DNA from: Blepharisma stoltei ATCC 30299
Taxonomy: Eukaryota > Protista > Ciliophora
DNA length: 64,000 nucleotides
NCBI GenBank assembly: GCA_965603825.1
Contig: CBFDEM010000016.1
Span: 248,001-312,000 of the forward strand
Direction: 5' to 3'
The notes beneath the pieces were generated by a model. It was not told where the DNA came from, made no database searches, and was given only the letters and a program-made list of their open reading frames with translations. This document shows positions 11,825 through 25,601 of the stretch, piece after piece. A program made the translations under genes and the position numbers. The first letter of the stretch is position 1. Each line of letters opens with the position of its first letter.

Positions 11825-12343
11825 ATGGGCTTATCAAATTCCAAGAAAGACTCAATGCTACGAAAAACGATTTACGATTTTATTGTAAATGATATTGACG
11901 AAAAGCCAATTAAACTCTCAAATTATCAAGGAAAAGTTCTTATAATTGTTAACGTTGCATGCAGCTGCCCATTAACAAGAAGAAATTATAATCAATTGAA
12001 CCAACTGTATTCAAAATATAACGAAAAAGGTTTAGAGATTTTAGCTTTTCCATGCAATCAATTCTATAATCAAGAAGCTGGCTCTAATGAAGAAATAAAA
12101 GATTATGTTAAAAACGATTTGAAGGCAAAATTCAACTTGTTTAGTAAAATTAATGTCAATGGAAAAAATGCATGCGATCTCTATATTTATTTAAGATTCA
12201 AAAGTTCTTTGGCTGGTAAAAATATCGATATGAATTTTGGGAAGTTTTTAATTGATAGGCAAGGAAACGTTATAAATTATTATAAGTCAAATCAAGACCC
12301 ATTATCATTCGAAAATGATATATTAAGTCTTCTTAATCAATAA
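11825..12343 (+). CDS. Cys-type glutathione peroxidase family protein
   Basis: GKVLIIVNVACSC, ILAFPCNQF..QE, NFGKFLIDRQG. Confidence 0.93.
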   Translation: MGLSNSKKDSMLRKTIYDFIVNDIDEKPIKLSNYQGKVLIIVNVACSCPLTRRNYNQLNQLYSKYNEKGLEILAFPCNQFYNQEAGSNEEIKDYVKNDLKAKFNLFSKINVNGKNACDLYIYLRFKSSLAGKNIDMNFGKFLIDRQGNVINYYKSNQDPLSFENDILSLLNQ

Positions 12344-12522
12344 AATTTTGATCACATTAAAAATAGCAGACTCATTTTATAAAATTCAGTAAATACAAGC
12401 TAAGATATAGATTAGACAAACAATTTGGGAATTTGAAATTCCTTTGCATGATGGCCTTAAAGCAAAGATATAACAGTTTATTAAATTATTTATAATTTCA
12501 TCAAAACATTTGCATAAATGAT

Positions 12523-13863
12523 TTAGCTTTCATGTCTTGAAACAGCCGTCAATGCACGTACAATTTTTCGCTTATGCTCTGTAGATTTAGGAGCTTTTGA
12601 ATATTTTGACAACATATGATTTTCGATTTCAGGTGTTTGAAACGAATAATTTCTTCTCAGAACATTATCCCCTAGCGGAATTGTTCTTTTTGCGCTTGGA
12701 ATTCTTTCAGAATTTTTCGCATAGCCAGAGCTCATGAATTTTTCTACTAATTTTGGAACTGGTTTCTTTTTCTGTGTTGGGATTGGAAGAATTCTTTTCT
12801 TCCTATCACGGGTTTCTGATTTAGCTAAATCTACTGTTTCTTTACTTGGAATGTGCTCAGGAGTTTTATCCATACTTTTCGAGATATTTGCCCTGCTCTG
12901 TTCTCTTTTACCTATTTCAGGATCTCCAGCTAAGCAGGCAAAAAAAATTGCAAATGAAATTCCTTTCATTTTCAATAGCTCACTGTATCTTTTAAATTTT
13001 TCAAATGATGTTAAAGGCACTTTCTTTTTATTTCGGCCAATTCAAGGGTGAGCTAATGCTTGGTTGGCTGTATATCTATCAATAGGGGACATTTCTGTCA
13101 ATTTCAGAAATAGAGATTTAGCTCCTTCAGGAAAATTGTCTGGAAATTTTCATATAGGATTTTGAAGCTTTTTTAGATAGGAAGATGCAGATTCATGAGC
13201 AGCTGAAAGTGGATGCTTATTTTTAGTCAACAGCATTCATAAAATAATCCCACAGCTTCAAATATCAATGCTTTGGCTATAAAATTTGCTTTGTGCCTGC
13301 TCAGGAGCCATATAAAGAAGTGTTCCACACTTATCATTTTCTCTTGGCTGCATGGACGAGGCATCAAATTGAGCACTTAACCCAAAATCAGCAATTTTAA
13401 TTTGGCTTAGATCTCTAAAGTCAGGAAGCAGCATGTTTTCTGGCTTCATATCTCTGTGGATGATATTTTTTGAATGAATATAGGCGAGTCCTTGTAAAAT
13501 CCCTTTCATTATTTGAGCTGCTTGAGAATCTGAGATATCATGCTTGTCCATATACGCTTTCAAAGTTCCACCATAAATCATTTCCATGACAATAAACAGC
13601 TTTGTATTAGTCTCTTTCAGATGCTTAAATTTGATGACATTTGGATGATCCAAGGATGCTAAAATTTGTGCTTCTTGTTTGAGCTGTAAAATTCGATCAG
13701 GCTTTAAACTGTGCTTTTTGATTATTTTGACTGCGATCTCTTCTCCAGTGAACCTATCGATAGCATGCACAACTTTTCCGAACGATCCACTGCCTATTGT
13801 TGCTACAAAGATATAAAAATCAGAGAATTTATCTGAGGTGTCTCCTTGATCAAGTTTATCCAT
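12523..13863 (-). CDS. CAMK-group Ser/Thr protein kinase
   Basis: GSGSFG, AVK, HRDMKPEN, DFG, APE, DI[TGA]SCG, HP[TGA]; frame continuous into ORF 12523-13020. Confidence 0.93.
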
Positions 13864-13973
13864 TTATGATTCAAATCAAGTTCAACAAATTACTAGATTT
13901 GAAAAGCTGTTAATTTAACGCATCACTTTTTAAATAATGTTTATTTTTATAATGAGTTAGGAATATATGTATA

Positions 13974-14795
13974 TTAATTAAGTGTTTCATTTGATAATGT
14001 TTCATAGCCTGCCCCTTTAAAGATGATTTCGTATATCGAGAAGCCTATTCAATAAAGAAGAAAAATAAGCCCAGGCGTAGCAATAACTATTGCTGGAATT
14101 GATGAGCTCACGGCTGTTCGGAGAATAATAAGAATTTCTGTAATAATCAATATAAAAACGATGAGAACCTCTGAAGTAATCAATTTGTCTGGGCTCTCAC
14201 TGTTTCAGGTTTTGTATTTTGATATTCCCCATACTGTTATTTGGATTGAACTTGCAATTAATATTGGAATAACCACAACTGCAAAAGAGTCAGGGCTGTC
14301 TTTGTCCAGGTAAAATGTGAGCATAACTAAAAAACTGCAAAACGCAAAGAATCATAGAAAAAGTAAAAATGCTTGCCTTTGCATGTTAACCTCAGGATTA
14401 AGTAGACCAGGGAGCATAAAGCAAATAAATAAAAAATAAGCAATTAGCCCATATCAAATTGGAATTAACGCTATAGACCAAGAAATATCGACATAATCAT
14501 CTAGTACTAAAGACCCCAGAATCACAAAAATAATAAAGGAGATCGCTATGTTATAAATGATTATCAGCACAAATTGTCTTGATTTGCCTCTAGGGCATGT
14601 CATATCAAAATAGCAGTGCATAGCAATAGGGCCAATCCCAATTGAAACTATCAATGGTATCATGACTGTTATTCAAGCAGCTTCTGTTCATTCATCAGCT
14701 TTAATTGTGCCAAGAATAATTCCAGAGAAAAATGAAATTAAGCCGCCAAGAGTCAGTATTTGTAAACGTTTTTCATTGTCAATGCCTAAAGTCAT
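13974..14795 (-). CDS. multi-pass membrane protein, TMEM185/TMEM60-like
   Basis: Open 273-aa frame with TGA=Trp; repeated helix-D..W..vfIP motif (DEWTEAAWITVMIP, DDYVDISWSIALIPIW). Confidence 0.72.
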
Positions 14796-15398
14796 TTTTA
14801 CTAATTATTCTCAATAAACATTTTTTAAGCGATAATAGGCGTTTTCTAGCATAGGCTTGAAAAAGAAAATCTAAGCAATAACAGAGCACGCAACAAAAGC
14901 ATCAAAAGTTAGCTTAAATCTTATAAATCTACGATATTATTAAAAATGAATTAAGATATCGAAGTGATTATAGAATGAATGACACTTATACTGAATCATC
15001 AAGTGCTAGACGAAGCTGAGCTATCAAATTCTAGAAAATTTAAACAAATTAATTATTACTTCTTCGTCAAATAGCATTTTCTTTAAGTTCTCAAAACTAT
15101 ACAAAATAAAAGCAAATCCATATCCTTTTAAAAAAATAAAACAGAATTTATTTTATTTCCCATTTTTATATTATGATGCTATAATTTTAATGAACTTTAG
15201 TTTAATTAATCAATTCTTTTAAAGACCATTGAATACTTAACGAAAAGAGGCATGAAAATTAATAAGAGGCTTAAACAGCTGAAGTTTTGTATTTTATAAT
15301 TATTATTTTTTTTCTTTTTCAAAGTTTATTTAATATTTTATTCTAAAAATAAAAGCATAAATTAACTAAAGGCAGCTTTTTGCTAATAATATTATTAA

Positions 15399-16817
15399 TT
15401 ATTGACTTGATTGATGATCTTTTGCTTCTTTGGACATTGATATATACTTTTGAGTCTCTATTTCTGGCTGCCTCAGATATTTGACAAGAGATAAAAGCAA
15501 AATCGCCGAAACCAAAGTAATTGTGAAAATAATAAGTCAAACAAGCCTGCAATCATTTCCCTGTCCATTAAAAATATTCGCAGGGTTACAATATTCTTTA
15601 ATAGCTCTCCCTGACTCTCCTCCAGCAATAATGACATAAATAATCATCGGAACTGTAGCGATTAAGAAAAATGTGGCCTCTTTTCCTTTTGGAGCAATCT
15701 GAATTGCATATTCTATAAACCTCGGTGCAACAATTGCTTCACCAATAGAAAGGAAAAACACAAAAAGACACACCCGGAAATAGGTTGGATCTTCATACAT
15801 AATTATTGGGGCAAATGATAAAGTTGTTATGGATGATCCAATGAGTACCAAGTTAAAATTGCTAATAAAATTGACTAAAAATGTCAATGGGATAATCGCT
15901 ATCAAAACTGTCATCTTATGAACTATAAAGGCATATTCAATGTGAGCGTCAAATTCAATTGTTACATTGAGATATAGAGGCATTGTCACATATACATGTG
16001 AATATGCTGCTTTCATAAAGGAAACCAGAAGGGCAAATCTGACTAGTCTTCAAAATGATGATAAAATCAGTACGCTTCTAACAAATTTTCACATATTTCC
16101 ATGATCGTCATCTTTTACAATTTCTGTTGTCCCAGAAACCTGGAAATCGAGTTCTCTCAAAAAATAAGGTAGGAATCAAGCTACTAGTAAGAAACAAATG
16201 GCAACTCCAAAAATGTATCTAAAAGTCAAAATATCTTCGTTATCAAGTGGATTGCAAATCCAATCTTTAAGAACTTTAGCAATAATTGATGAAGTTATGA
16301 GAACCATATAGAATAGAGAATATCCAAGACTTCTTGCAGCTTCTAAGGTATAATGTTTTATCCCGACTTTGAAACAGCCTAATAGTAGTGCTGAACTAGG
16401 AGCGTGAAATAGCAAAATTATAGTCTGTACAGCATACTTATTAGTTACAGCACAAAGCAAGACAAAGCCAAAAATTCCAATAAAAAGAGACACCTTTATT
16501 GTGTTTTTTACTCCAAACCTGTCAATGCAATTCCCAAATACAATGCAAATAATGGCTGACATGAAAATGAAAAAAGTGATAATTAACGCAACTTGATTTT
16601 CTGTTAAACCGATTGAGTCTTCTAAGTAGGTTTTCATACAGATGATAATTAATTCCATGCTGGTCATTGAGAATAACTCAATTGTATATAAAATTCATAA
16701 ATCTCGGGGAGAATGGTATAGAGAGTTTAAGCTTCGAAGAATTGATCCTATTACTGTGGTTTGAGGAGGCACTGGCCCTGCAAGAGGCTCAAGCTCAGGA
16801 TCTGCATGTTCTTTCAT
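15399..16817 (-). CDS. MFS transporter (POT/PTR-like)
   Basis: Continuous 472-aa frame via TGA; G.CIDRFGVK MFS motif A; IGEAIVAPRFIEYAIQIAPKG. Confidence 0.88.
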
Positions 16818-17020
16818 TTAAAATGGCCGTTAATTAATTTTCTTTTCTAATATGAAAATATTAAGCTAATTAAATTTCTTCGCAAAGTTCCGAAAACTTT
16901 TGACATTGCCGAATCGGATATTTTGTTCCATATTTTCATTTGAATTTTCCAGCTTCACTGCTTCTGTATAATTTAAAATTTTTTATCAAAATTTGTAAAA
17001 TTTATATGTGTATATAAATT

Positions 17021-17605
17021 ATGTACAGAGACATTCTGAAAAACTGTAGCTATGAAGAGCTTGAAAGAAATAAATTAAGGTTTGAAATGATTATCCAAGA
17101 TCTTTTACAATCGCTTAGCAGTGCTTATGAAGAAAATGACGAGCTTAAAGCCACAAACTCAATGCTAAAGTCTTCAATAGAATTTATGAAATCTGAGAAA
17201 AGTCTGGTGGCATGTTCTCAAACTCTAGGGTTTGAAAGATCATCTGTTAGAAGTTTAAGCACCCAAAGCACAGAAATTAATGAAACCATTGAGGATGATA
17301 TTGAAGAATCTGCAGCGTCAGCTATAAAAGTTTTTCCCTCTTCTCCAAATAAGCTTCATTTTCATTCATCTTCAAGTGTTCAAGGGGCTTTCACACCAAT
17401 TATATTCAAGAAAAGCAAAAGATTGATTAATAACAAAAGCTATGAAAGCTCGGAAATTCCATCAGAAAAGGCAAAGACAAAAAGAGTATCTGTAATAATT
17501 TCTGAAGATATTCCATTGCCAAGCCACTACTACAAAACCATGAGTATGAAAAATAGTTTATCATTGCCATATGCGCCTAAAAAGAGCTTAAGACCATATA
17601 AATAA
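17021..17605 (+). CDS. hypothetical coiled-coil/Ser-rich protein
   Basis: 194-aa ATG-TAA ORF in typical AT-rich start context. Confidence 0.7.
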   Translation: MYRDILKNCSYEELERNKLRFEMIIQDLLQSLSSAYEENDELKATNSMLKSSIEFMKSEKSLVACSQTLGFERSSVRSLSTQSTEINETIEDDIEESAASAIKVFPSSPNKLHFHSSSSVQGAFTPIIFKKSKRLINNKSYESSEIPSEKAKTKRVSVIISEDIPLPSHYYKTMSMKNSLSLPYAPKKSLRPYK

Positions 17606-17820
17606 CTAAATGAGAAGCTCTAATTGAAATCTAATAATTCTAAAATTGATTCTTTATTTATTTAAAATCTCAAAGTACTAATTAGTTTAGTTTTTATAAT
17701 TTGAAGTATAAAATCAATTCCAAAAATAAACTTTGAATAAATAGTTAATAAATTATTTCTGATTCAAAATAGCCCACTTTTCATGATAATGCAAAAGCTT
17801 AGTATCAAAATATTTTATAA

Positions 17821-18054
17821 ATGGAAGGAGATGGATCCAATGCTCGCCCTGCAGTTAAAGCCACAACGAACTTCCTGCAAGGTGATTTAATCGGGCATTT
17901 TGGCTTAAAAGAGATCTTCAAAGAAACAAAAAAGAAAAAAGAAAACAGACCCTTAGCAATTTCATTTCGAGAAATCATTAAGCGAGAGCTTGACGTTAAG
18001 CTTCATGATTTCAAACTAACTGATACTCAAAAAAAGCTGCTTTTACAAAATTAA
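17821..18054 (+). CDS. small protein, possibly Mediator MED19-like
   Basis: 77-aa ORF with TATAAATG start; DLIGHFGLKEIF loosely resembles MED19 NLITHYNL (product tentative). Confidence 0.5.
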   Translation: MEGDGSNARPAVKATTNFLQGDLIGHFGLKEIFKETKKKKENRPLAISFREIIKRELDVKLHDFKLTDTQKKLLLQN

Positions 18055-18079
18055 CTAAATCTAATCCAATGAGTTTACA

Positions 18080-18892
18080 TTATTTTTTATTTTTTGTGTA
18101 GTTTTTTAGATCAAGATTCTGAGCATTCTTAAGTTTTTCTACTATTTCTTCTTGCAACTCTTTTGTAACAACAATTTCATGAATTAGCTTCTCTTTATCC
18201 TCTGCAGCATCAAACTTTTTCTTAAATTCAGGATTTTCTTTATACATTTGTGCGAATATTTTTTTATCAGCTTCCATCTTACTATTGTATTCTTCTATGA
18301 CTTTCCCCATTTCTGTCTTTTTGAACTCTTGCTTTTCTTTTCACCTTCCTTCAGACCTTGACAAATTCGTAATTAGTTCGCCTATAAGGTGGTCACATTC
18401 GTGCTGAAAAACTCTGGCCTCAAATCCATACAATCTTTCAGTCACTGTCTCTCACGAGATATTTGTGTATTCAACATCGATTTTATTTGTTCTGTATACT
18501 TCTGCGATGATATTGGGGCAGCTCATGCATTCTTCTCCGTATAATTTTTTTTCAAACTTTCCTGAATAGGCTGGATTGAAATAAATTTTGTAATCATCAG
18601 GGGTTGCGATATAGCCATTCCATTTGTCGTCAACTAAAACCTTAAGAACTGCAAAAAATGCATAGGGGTAGCCTATTTGGACAGCTGACAAGGAGGCAAG
18701 CCCATGATGAGCAGCTGTCATGCACAAACTTGGGATATAAAAGTTTGTGATTTTTTTGGATAAAGCGTTCACCTTGAAGCTTTTGTTTTGAAGAGGATCG
18801 CTTTTATTGCTTTTTCTGCAGACCAATATATCTTGTACACTTGGTGCAAGCTTCTCGGCGAGTCTATCGGATAACTTTTTGAGATGCGACAT
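18080..18892 (-). CDS. PDF: peptide deformylase (probably mitochondrial)
   Basis: LSAVQIG, EECMS, and ARVFQHECDHLIG found in the TGA-bridged segment 18311-18451. Confidence 0.88.
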
Positions 18893-19103
18893 TTCCGATC
18901 CTCAAGTTATATAAATAAATATAGAGTAGATTTAATGTAGTTTTTGTGCAAGCTTTAATTGAATTTTAAGTTTATTTAACCATAAACCTTTCTTATTTTG
19001 TTTAATTGATATTAAAATTTAATTATATATTTTGAGTTTTATGGATATCTAGTTATCATTAAATCTTTATTTTCCTTAACATTTTATTCATTAAGATAAC
19101 ATA

Positions 19104-21344
19104 TTAACTACTAAATATTGGTGTAAGTCTTGTTCTAATAAGTAAAAATGTATTTGGCAAAATAAAGAAGTGCTTCCCTATTAGAGGTATTACTCTATAT
19201 CCATTTCGAACACAATTTATTGGAATTGCAAACTGGCAAAGTAAACGGTTTTTAAAAGATGATTTTGAATAAACCCTGAAAGAAACCATTGACATTTCAA
19301 GCATTCTTATAGAAAAGGTAAACTCCTCATTTCATATAGGATTAAAGCCATTGTTCTGAATCACAGAAGTTAAAGATGTGGCCTGATCTTTTTCGATCCC
19401 ATGAATTTTAATTTCGACATAAGGATTTACAATTTGTCCTAGCTCCTTACCTGACTTTGGCAATCCGTGCGCTGATATTACTTCTACCTCAAATGTAAAT
19501 AGTGGATTTTCCATTCCCAAACCATTAGGATCAAACAATGTATTTGCATCAGTCAAAATATTAGGCTTTAGAACATAGCCCGTTCCTCCATTTATTTGAA
19601 ACCAGCCATAATTTAAGAGCATTCCCAGGTCTCCTTTCTGGTAATTCAAAGCACAAACTTGACAACCAGCAAGCCAAAAATCAACCGGATTATAATTAGT
19701 AGAACTAACTCTAGACCCTGCTGGATATATCCTTGTTAAGTTCTTTTTATGGTACTCTATAATGGTTTTTGACCCATACTTTTCAACCATTTTTTTCATT
19801 TTTGTTTCGGTGACTGAAGACATTATTTGATAAGGCCTATCACCAATAGCCATTTTTTGCCCTTCTATTGAAATCAGAGATATTAACTTAGGGTTCAGCT
19901 TCATAGTCCTTGGCGATCTTGTGGAGGTTCTTCCTATTTCTTCTTCCTCTCCATCCATTTGTGTGTCAAAATCATTCGGCTGAGCAGACACTTTACCTTT
20001 GATAAGGATTTTATATTTCAGCTCTTCAGGGGACGGAAAAGAAGTAGCACCTGGTTCTGGTATATAAATTTTGTCGCCAAAAATCCCTAAAAATATGTCT
20101 GCCATCACTCCTTGCTGCTCAAAAGAGCAATGATTTTCAAGAGACAAGATAATCGGGTAAGGAGAAGAGTTAAAAGCTGACATATTGATTGTTTCAACTA
20201 CGCTTCGAAATTCAATATGATTGACTAATGTCCTCCCATGCGTAACTTTGGGGTTTCCATTAGGTCCATCCCAAATGTCAATTTCTACACATCTGCATCC
20301 ACGAAAAAGAGTTTTGGAGTATTGCTCGACACTGGAAGTCCCTGTTAACTGATTTCCTTCTAGGTATGTATTATGAGAACTATCAATATAATAATTTTGC
20401 AGTGGCTGAGTCATATCCATGTGGACATCAAACTTATCTTGTGAAAAAATTGAGTTATGGTTAGGGCTAAACATATAAAGCCTAAATCCTTTCTTCGAAA
20501 TAAACTGAATCCCTTCAGGGGTTTCTTCACAAAATTTTTGAAAAATGACATCTGAGTCCTGCTTTGTTATATTTTGCATCCTTTGAGTTTCTTTCAAAAA
20601 ATTACAAAACGATCGTCTAGTAATACCGACCTGATTTGCTATAGTAGAAGCAAAACTCATGTACAAATCATCAAGTTCTGGTTTGTTTAATAAAGAGTCC
20701 ATTAGCATATCAAACTCTTGTTGATCGATTATTCCATTTTTATCAGCGTCACAGCCTATAAAAAGCCTTTGAATAATATCTTCATTTGCATAAATATTTA
20801 ACGCAATCAGTGATTTTCTTACTTCATCAATATCTAATCCTCCACTTAGATCTCTATCTGCTTGACTCCATACATGCTGGATATTCATGACCTCTCTTTC
20901 CTTATCAGTTGTATCCTTTTCTTTGATTTGGTCAATCAGATATAAAATACCACTTAGCCATATCATCATTTCTTCTTCAGATTTGAAAATGAGGTCTAAT
21001 ACATTGCTACCATAATAAATTGACGCAGATTTCCCTTTTGCTTTTGGTTTCGGTTTTTTTCTGAATTTAGTTGAGCTCTGGTTAATTTCTATTTTTCAAA
21101 TGTGCTGGATGTGGACTCTAGATTCTTGAGGAGGCTTTTTTGGAGATATTCATTGAAGAATGTGGCTGTTATTTTCTAGGAGATAAAAACGTCTTGGGCT
21201 TGGATTACCTCTGGAATTAAGTTTCAAAATTGATAGGCCGTATTTTACTTTGCTTATTGCTATCCTTTTATCATATTCGGTGTATTTGAGGTCACAATGA
21301 ACGCTTCTTATCCCTGTTTTTCCTCTAGTAGGTTTAGTTTCCAT
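19104..21344 (-). CDS. phosphoinositide phospholipase C, delta-type (PH-EF-X-Y-C2)
   Basis: SSHNTYLEGNQL, RCVEIDIWDG, RIYPAGSRVSSTNYNP, NNGFNPI[TGA]NEEF; three ORFs in one frame. Confidence 0.96.
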
Positions 21345-22242
21345 ACTTATTTAAAATTTAGAAAGAAAATTACTGAAATTAGATTTAACACTAAAAGCAA
21401 TAGTACTTCTTAAAATCATCAAACTCTTATAAGCTACTTGCTTAAATAGCAGCTTATTGATAATTAAAGATAGTAATAAATAATCAAGCAAAAATAAAAA
21501 AAAATCATTTCAACTTCATCGGGTTTAAATTTTAATTGACTGATTAATTTTCTTACTTTGAAATATAGCAACTAGTATTTAAAAAAAAATATTTTCATTA
21601 ATGGGGATAGATTCATAATTTTAATATATTTATAAAATCTTTAGGAATTTTTATAAATATCTTTTATCGAAAATACTATATAAACTTAAATTATTCTATA
21701 TATAAAATAAGTGCATTTCTCCAGCTATGTGATGACTTTTCTTAATGCTCATATTTATTGAAATCCATTTTTTTTAAATTGTTTTAATATGGGATTTGAT
21801 CGAAAAATTATTAATCCTTATAAGTTTAAACTGGCTAATAATTGTCAGAATTCTTTCATCAATTCTAACACTTCAATTAAGCAGAAAATTATATAAAATT
21901 GATTATACTTATTTTCACTGAGAAAAAGTCTAAATCACATGGAAAAGGGTGAGACATTTTGCTTATCCTTTTTCAAAACTGATTTTATACTTTCAATATT
22001 TTTAACTATTTAAATATTATTTTCAGCTCAAAAGGAAATGACCCTCTTTCTTAGCTTATTGCTAAAGCGCTTTAAAGTAAAGCCTGATATAATTTCAAAT
22101 TATGGTGAAAGCTCATGTGAGTACATACTATTCCTGTTCATAAATGCGCCATATTCATATTTTTATCTCAAAATTTATATAATTAACTATATTTTCATGC
22201 AAGAGACACATTTATTTCTAATTCTTCTACAGTTATATAAGC

Positions 22243-24033
22243 ATGGCTGAATATTTTATTGACATCCCAAGTGATTATTGCTGCCCGATAACCGGTGAGC
22301 TAATGGAAGATCCAGTTTTAGCTCCAGACGGACAAAGTTATGAGCGAGCAGCGATTACCGCTTGATTCCAAAGACAAAAAACCAGCCCTTTAACCGGTGA
22401 GAATTTAAAAAGTACATTCTTAATTGATAACCATAGGCTAAGGGCAATAATTCAGAGTTTCAAGGAAACAATGCCCGAAATTCAAAGGGAAAATCAAGTT
22501 AAAAGGGATTTATTAGAGGCTATCAAAATAAGAGAAAATTACTTTGAAGACCACATTAGAAAAGGGCAAGAACAGATTGAAAGTATCAGCGATTTGCTAA
22601 GAGTCGAAAAAGAAAGAAACCTTTTATATGAAAGTAAGCTAGCTGCATATAAAATGACTATTAAAAGCCAAAATAATCAGATTGAGTCCTTGAAGGCAAA
22701 TTTAGAGCATTATGCCAAAAGATTTAAAGAAAAATACGATGAAGTAAAATGGCTAAATGAAGAATTGAGAAAAGCTCTCGATAATAAAAGTTTCCTAAAA
22801 GAAGAATTAAGCATTAAATCTGATGGACGAGCACAAATTAAAACAGAATCTGAAGCCCAAGATACTTGCAAAATGATTTGTGGATTGAGCCCAGAAATTG
22901 AGAAAATGATTGACTGTTTGATTAATGTTAAATTTAAAATACTTATAGATGAACTCATAAAAATAGAAACAGTTATTGGAAGGGATGATGATTCTAGAAG
23001 TCTGACTGTGTATCAGCTAAGAGAAATTAAAGTGTCCCTTTTTGACTTAAAATTAAATATTGAGAAGAGCAAAAGAGAGCTTGAGAATTGAAGGGAAGAG
23101 CTTCAATGAGAAACGCAAAAGAAATTCCAGAATTCTTCTGGAGAATACAGTAAAAACCGCCTATCCCTCCAAGAGATAAATGCAATAAATTTAGGCTCAG
23201 AAACTGAGCAATATTTAAGGAGATCTTGGTCAGCTGATATTTCTGCTTTTGATTTATCAACTAGTAGAGTTGATCAAATGATGCCTATTTATCTTATTGA
23301 GAAGGATAAGAATAGCAGGATCAATCTGATTGTTTATAATACAGAAAATCGTATAGAAGAAGCTAAATGAGTAAATCCTCCAGAATGAATAGATGAATGC
23401 TCATGTGCAGCTCAGCTTCCAACCCATGAAATCTTTTGCTTTGGTAAGGGCTATCCTCCCTCTGGTGTTTCACTAATAATTGATGTAAATCTGGGAGTTC
23501 GAATGCTCCCATCTGGAACTCCTTGCTCCTATTCTTCTGCTATTTATTTCAATAAAAATATTTATTGTTTCGGCGGAATAGATAGTTATAGCGACTTAAC
23601 TCTTTCAGAGAGATTTGATTTGAATGAAAATCGATGAATCAAATTGAGGCCATTGCCAAATTCCGATTTCTCTTGCAATTCTATAGTCTTTAATGGGGAT
23701 ATTTTGATTTCTGGAGCGATGTCTTGCAATCTTTTGCGATACTCAATTAATAACAATTCCTTCACAAGAATCCCTTTTAGATTTTCTGAAAATAAAAGAA
23801 AGATTTTGATAGATTTGGGAAAATTATACCTGATTGAATGTGGTAATGGGAAAATTTATGAAAGCAAATTTTGAGATGAGACTGTTTGGGAGCAGATAGG
23901 AAGCTCAATAATTAGTATGAAGTATAGCCAAGTGTATTGCTCATACAACAGAAGAGCTATCTTCATTGGATGCAGAAAGCCTGACAAATATTATAAGTTT
24001 AGTTTAGATGATAAAATAATGGTTAATCTTTAA
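22243..24033 (+). CDS. U-box E3 ligase with coiled coil and C-terminal Kelch-like repeats
   Basis: [27 protein letters not shown][W]...SPLT; IYCFGG...ERFDLNENR[W]; continuous 596-aa frame with TGA=Trp. Confidence 0.9.
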
Positions 24034-24388
24034 GGAATAGTGAGTGGATATAATCTAAATAAAATTGTTAACAGCAGAAAGTGCAATTATCCATGCAAGC
24101 GTAAAATTATTATGAAATGAAACATATAAAAAAATCATAAGATAAAGGAATAAATATTAAAAAATGTATTAATTTATAGCTAATTTTTTCTTTTAAGATT
24201 TTTCTATGCCTAATGAACTTAATGTGAAAAAACACTCAAATCTGCAATTTCAATAAATTAAGAAGTTTGTTTAAACTTTTAGGAATTCATATTTGCATAG
24301 CTACATTGGGAATTCTCACGAGTAATTTTTTTTAAGCAAAGTGGAAAAAAATTTTAACATTAAACTTTGGGAAATTTTTTCGAATAAA

Positions 24389-24922
24389 ATGCACCATATA
24401 AGCAGTGTAGCTCAAACTCCAACAATAGAAAATACAATCGAAGATGCCTATATAGATCAAAACTATGCATCTTCTTCTAACAAAAAAGAAAGATTTCATC
24501 ATTTCAACAAAGCTTCTCAGAGGTATGAAGTTGGGAGAGAAAATAAGATTTCAGCAACAGAAAATGCACATCTAATAAGATTTCGCAAAATTAGCGCGAT
24601 CTTACCCTGTAATGATGAACTAGAGCAAAATGCCCAAGATTTACCGATATTTACCAAAGCCTCTGTAGATCAAAATACAGAAAATTTGATAATAAATTTG
24701 GCTGACCTCAGAAAGAGAAACAAAGATAAAAAATGAATTTATAAACAGCAAACTCAAGGATCTAAGAAATATAAATTAAAGACTTGCTCACAATGCAAAA
24801 AAAGCACATACCACAAAAGTGGTTTCTGTACGATTTGCAAAAATAGAAAGGCAAATTTAACAGATAAATGCTGCGTTACATTATCAACTTTTTGCTGTTG
24901 CATTATGAGTGCTTTAAGTTAA
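24389..24922 (+). CDS. small protein with CxxC-CxxC zinc ribbon and Cys-rich hydrophobic C-terminus (copy 1)
   Basis: Frame continues past TGA 24734: CSQC...CTIC...CCVTLSTFCCCIMSALS*. Confidence 0.8.
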
Positions 24923-25601
24923 ATTAAATTAATTTATTAATAACCTCAAATTTTCAATAAGATCGCAAATTCTCATTTTTACCAGAATTTTTTTCAGCAG
25001 GCATTTCGGGAGCTTCAGGTTCTTGGTAAAATCTAAAAAAATTAATACTTTTCACTATCAAGCGTACGATATCTGAGGAGACTTTTTCACTGTAAAGAAA
25101 TTAAAAATGTTCATTTTGCAGAAATTTTAAAAATAAATGGAATTTTTCCAAATTTTACTTTATGAAAACTTACTTAAATTGATCTCCTTTGCTTTGCACT
25201 AAATTAGGAATTTTAACTGCGATTTTAATATAGAAAAGTAATTAAAATTGTAAAAACAAAAATTCTGCAAATTGATATCTTGCAAGTGAATACTGGAATT
25301 AAGCCTAGATAGTATTATATTACTATTGATGCATTATAGCCAAACTGAATACTAAATAGAAACAATTTTTGGTTATTTATATTGATTTTGAGGATAAAAT
25401 TCTTAGGGAAAAATAATTAAAATTTTCAAAATGAATAAGTATAAAAAATTATAATTTGATATTACAAATTAAGATTGCTGTCATTGAAGCTAAATAATTA
25501 TTAAATACAGCTTGGCTAGAGCCTCTATTTTTTAAGATTACAGATGAGTTAAAAGTAAAAGAGATTGAGCTCGAATATATTTAGAAAATAAATAAGAAAG
25601 A

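Noticed and set aside
11825-12343. Selenoprotein GPx
   Set aside because: The active-site codon is TGC and there is no in-frame TGA
15343-15552. Separate ORF or frameshifted MFS C-terminus
   Set aside because: The MFS frame reads through TGA 15537 to TAA 15399; this ORF is an alternate frame
22038-22250. 70-aa ORF upstream of the U-box gene
   Set aside because: AT-rich intergenic composition, no motif, overlaps the true start at 22243 out of frame
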